A stretch of 29,082 nucleotides of DNA, from the NCBI GenBank assembly GCA_051439605.1, contig JBFRWN010000094.1, forward strand, positions 1-29,082, in the 5' to 3' direction. This DNA is from Synechococcus sp. Lineage in GTDB: Bacteria; Cyanobacteriota; Cyanobacteriia; Thermostichales; PCC-7336. Below the pieces are notes generated by a model. It ran no database searches. It saw only the letters and a list, made by a program, of their open reading frames with translations, and was not told the origin of the DNA. Every line of letters starts with the position of its first letter. The stretch's first letter is position 1. This document shows positions 27,545 through 29,082 of the stretch, in pieces. Made by a program: the position numbers and the translations under genes.

Positions 27545-28834
27545 ATGCATATCAAAGAAGAGCAGCAAGTATTACGAGCGCCGGCTCAGTCACGGCTGGA
27601 GGGCATTGGTAACTCCGATATCCTGGTGGGGATTCCTTCCTACAACAACGAGGCAAGCATCGCCCATGTGGTACAAACGGTATCTGAGGGGCTGGCGCAG
27701 TATCACCCGGATCGCCATGCTGTAATACTGGTGGCCGACGGTGGCTCAACCGATGATACCCGCGAGCGAGCGGCTGCTTCTCCATTGCCCCCTCAGCAAG
27801 AGGAGATCGTTACCATTTACCGAGGTATAGGGGGTAAAGGCTCGGCATTGCGCGCTATTTTTGCCGCAACCGTTCAACTGGGTGCGAGCGCCTGTATTTC
27901 TGTCGATGCCGACCTTCGCAGCATTACCCCAGCCTGGATAAGCTATCTGCTGGAGCCTTTGTTGGTCCACGATTATGAATTTGTAGCTCCACTGTATGCC
28001 CGCTACAAATACGATGGCACGATCACCAATAATTTGGTGTACTGCCTAACTCGCGCCCTCTACGGCAAGCGAATCCGACAACCGATTGGTGGGGATTTTG
28101 CATTTTCACAACGCTTGGCCCGTCATTTTCTAGAGCAGCCTGGCTGGACAACTGACGTGGCCCGCTTTGGTATCGACATCTGGATGACCCTGGGGGCGAT
28201 GGTGGCCGATGCCCGGGTCTGTCAGACCAATCTGGGGGTGAAATTACACGATGCAAAAGACCCGGGCAGCGCTTTGGGTCCTATGTTTGAGCAAGTGTGC
28301 GGTACTCTCTTTGCCCAGATTGACCGAGATCCCCACTTCTGGAGCAAGATACAGGGAAGCGAGCCCATTCCAACCTTTGGCCTGAGTCAAATGCTGGAAC
28401 CCGAACCCATTGCTGTCAACCAAGTAAGGCTTGTTCAAGAATTCAAACAAGGCTTCCAAACTTCCCGTGACCTGTACCGGCTTATTTGCTCCGAGCCAGT
28501 ATTCCAAGCCCTTCAGAAAGCTAGCGAGTCTCCCCCAGATACGCTGCAAATTTCAGGTCAAGTGTGGGCGAGGCTTTTGTGCGAATTACTGGCCACATAC
28601 CATCAGCTTGGCCCCCTGCGCAGCGGTCTTCTCCCTCACACCACTCCTCTGTACATGGGGCAGGTAGCCTCCTTTATGAATCAGACTCGCGATTTAGATT
28701 TTTATGGGGCAGAGGCTGTCGTTGATGCCTTAGCGCACCATTGCGAGCGTGAGAAGCCTTACCTTCTAGATCTTTGGCAACAACGTCTAACCCCGAGCGA
28801 CAAGCAGATTGCCGCTATTCAAAAGGAGCTATAG
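27545..28834 (+). CDS. GT-A glycosyltransferase, glucosylglycerate synthase (Ggs)/mannosylglycerate synthase-like
   Basis: ILVGIPSYNN, DGGSTDDT, GKGSA, VDADLRSITP, PLYARYKYDGTITN, RQPIGGDFAFS, FGIDIWMT and K.HD.KDPG motifs. Confidence 0.75.
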   Translation: MHIKEEQQVLRAPAQSRLEGIGNSDILVGIPSYNNEASIAHVVQTVSEGLAQYHPDRHAVILVADGGSTDDTRERAAASPLPPQQEEIVTIYRGIGGKGSALRAIFAATVQLGASACISVDADLRSITPAWISYLLEPLLVHDYEFVAPLYARYKYDGTITNNLVYCLTRALYGKRIRQPIGGDFAFSQRLARHFLEQPGWTTDVARFGIDIWMTLGAMVADARVCQTNLGVKLHDAKDPGSALGPMFEQVCGTLFAQIDRDPHFWSKIQGSEPIPTFGLSQMLEPEPIAVNQVRLVQEFKQGFQTSRDLYRLICSEPVFQALQKASESPPDTLQISGQVWARLLCELLATYHQLGPLRSGLLPHTTPLYMGQVASFMNQTRDLDFYGAEAVVDALAHHCEREKPYLLDLWQQRLTPSDKQIAAIQKEL

Positions 28835-29082
28835 CATCTCAACCCTTCAACTAAGGAAACGGACGCTTCCTAATGTTACGTCAATAAGTTCGCAAACCCT
28901 CAGAAACCAATTGCGAGGAAAGCAAAGGGGATTCTGATTCCAGCTGCCAATGTCAAGCATTTGATGCCCCATCAAGACGTCATTGATGTTGTATCTGCTC
29001 GCCAATCCCACATTTATCCGGTCCAAACTATTGATGAGTGCGTAGAGTTATGAATAGGTTGGGACTCAGGTGAAAGGGATGC

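Noticed and set aside
609..28667. Numerous short antisense or alternative-frame ORFs in the ORF track
   Set aside because: They are shadows of well-supported genes and have no independent motifs
28835..29082. Window tail examined for genes or ncRNA
   Set aside because: No supportable ORF, RNA motif or repeat recognised

Overview
Cyanobacterial chromosomal window. The HIP1 octamer GCGATCGC is abundant and several cyanobacterial-type genes are present (Fed3-like ferredoxin, DUF1816, DUF3326, NIL-ferredoxin). It opens with the 3' end and right terminal inverted repeat of an IS1634-like element. It then runs through mostly conserved genes: NIL-ferredoxin, SDR, mltA, ppa, a minus-strand STAS/mini-RNase III/rlmB/DUF1816/ferredoxin/small protein/DUF3326 cluster, GerMN, ubiX, LapA-like, DUF92, carotenoid oxygenase, cysteine synthase, photolyase, XPB-like helicase, desaturase, mraY and isoaspartyl peptidase. 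The less ordinary items are: an orphan FecR-domain plus outer-membrane beta-barrel gene pair; an SLH-anchored protein with three copies of an unnamed beta-rich domain; a Ggs/MGS-like glycosyltransferase; a possible ATC start codon for the STAS gene; and a structured leader upstream of an rlmB that carries a long charged extension. No rRNA, tRNA or CRISPR array was seen. No clear-cut new multi-gene system is proven. All family calls come from motif recognition by eye, without database searches.
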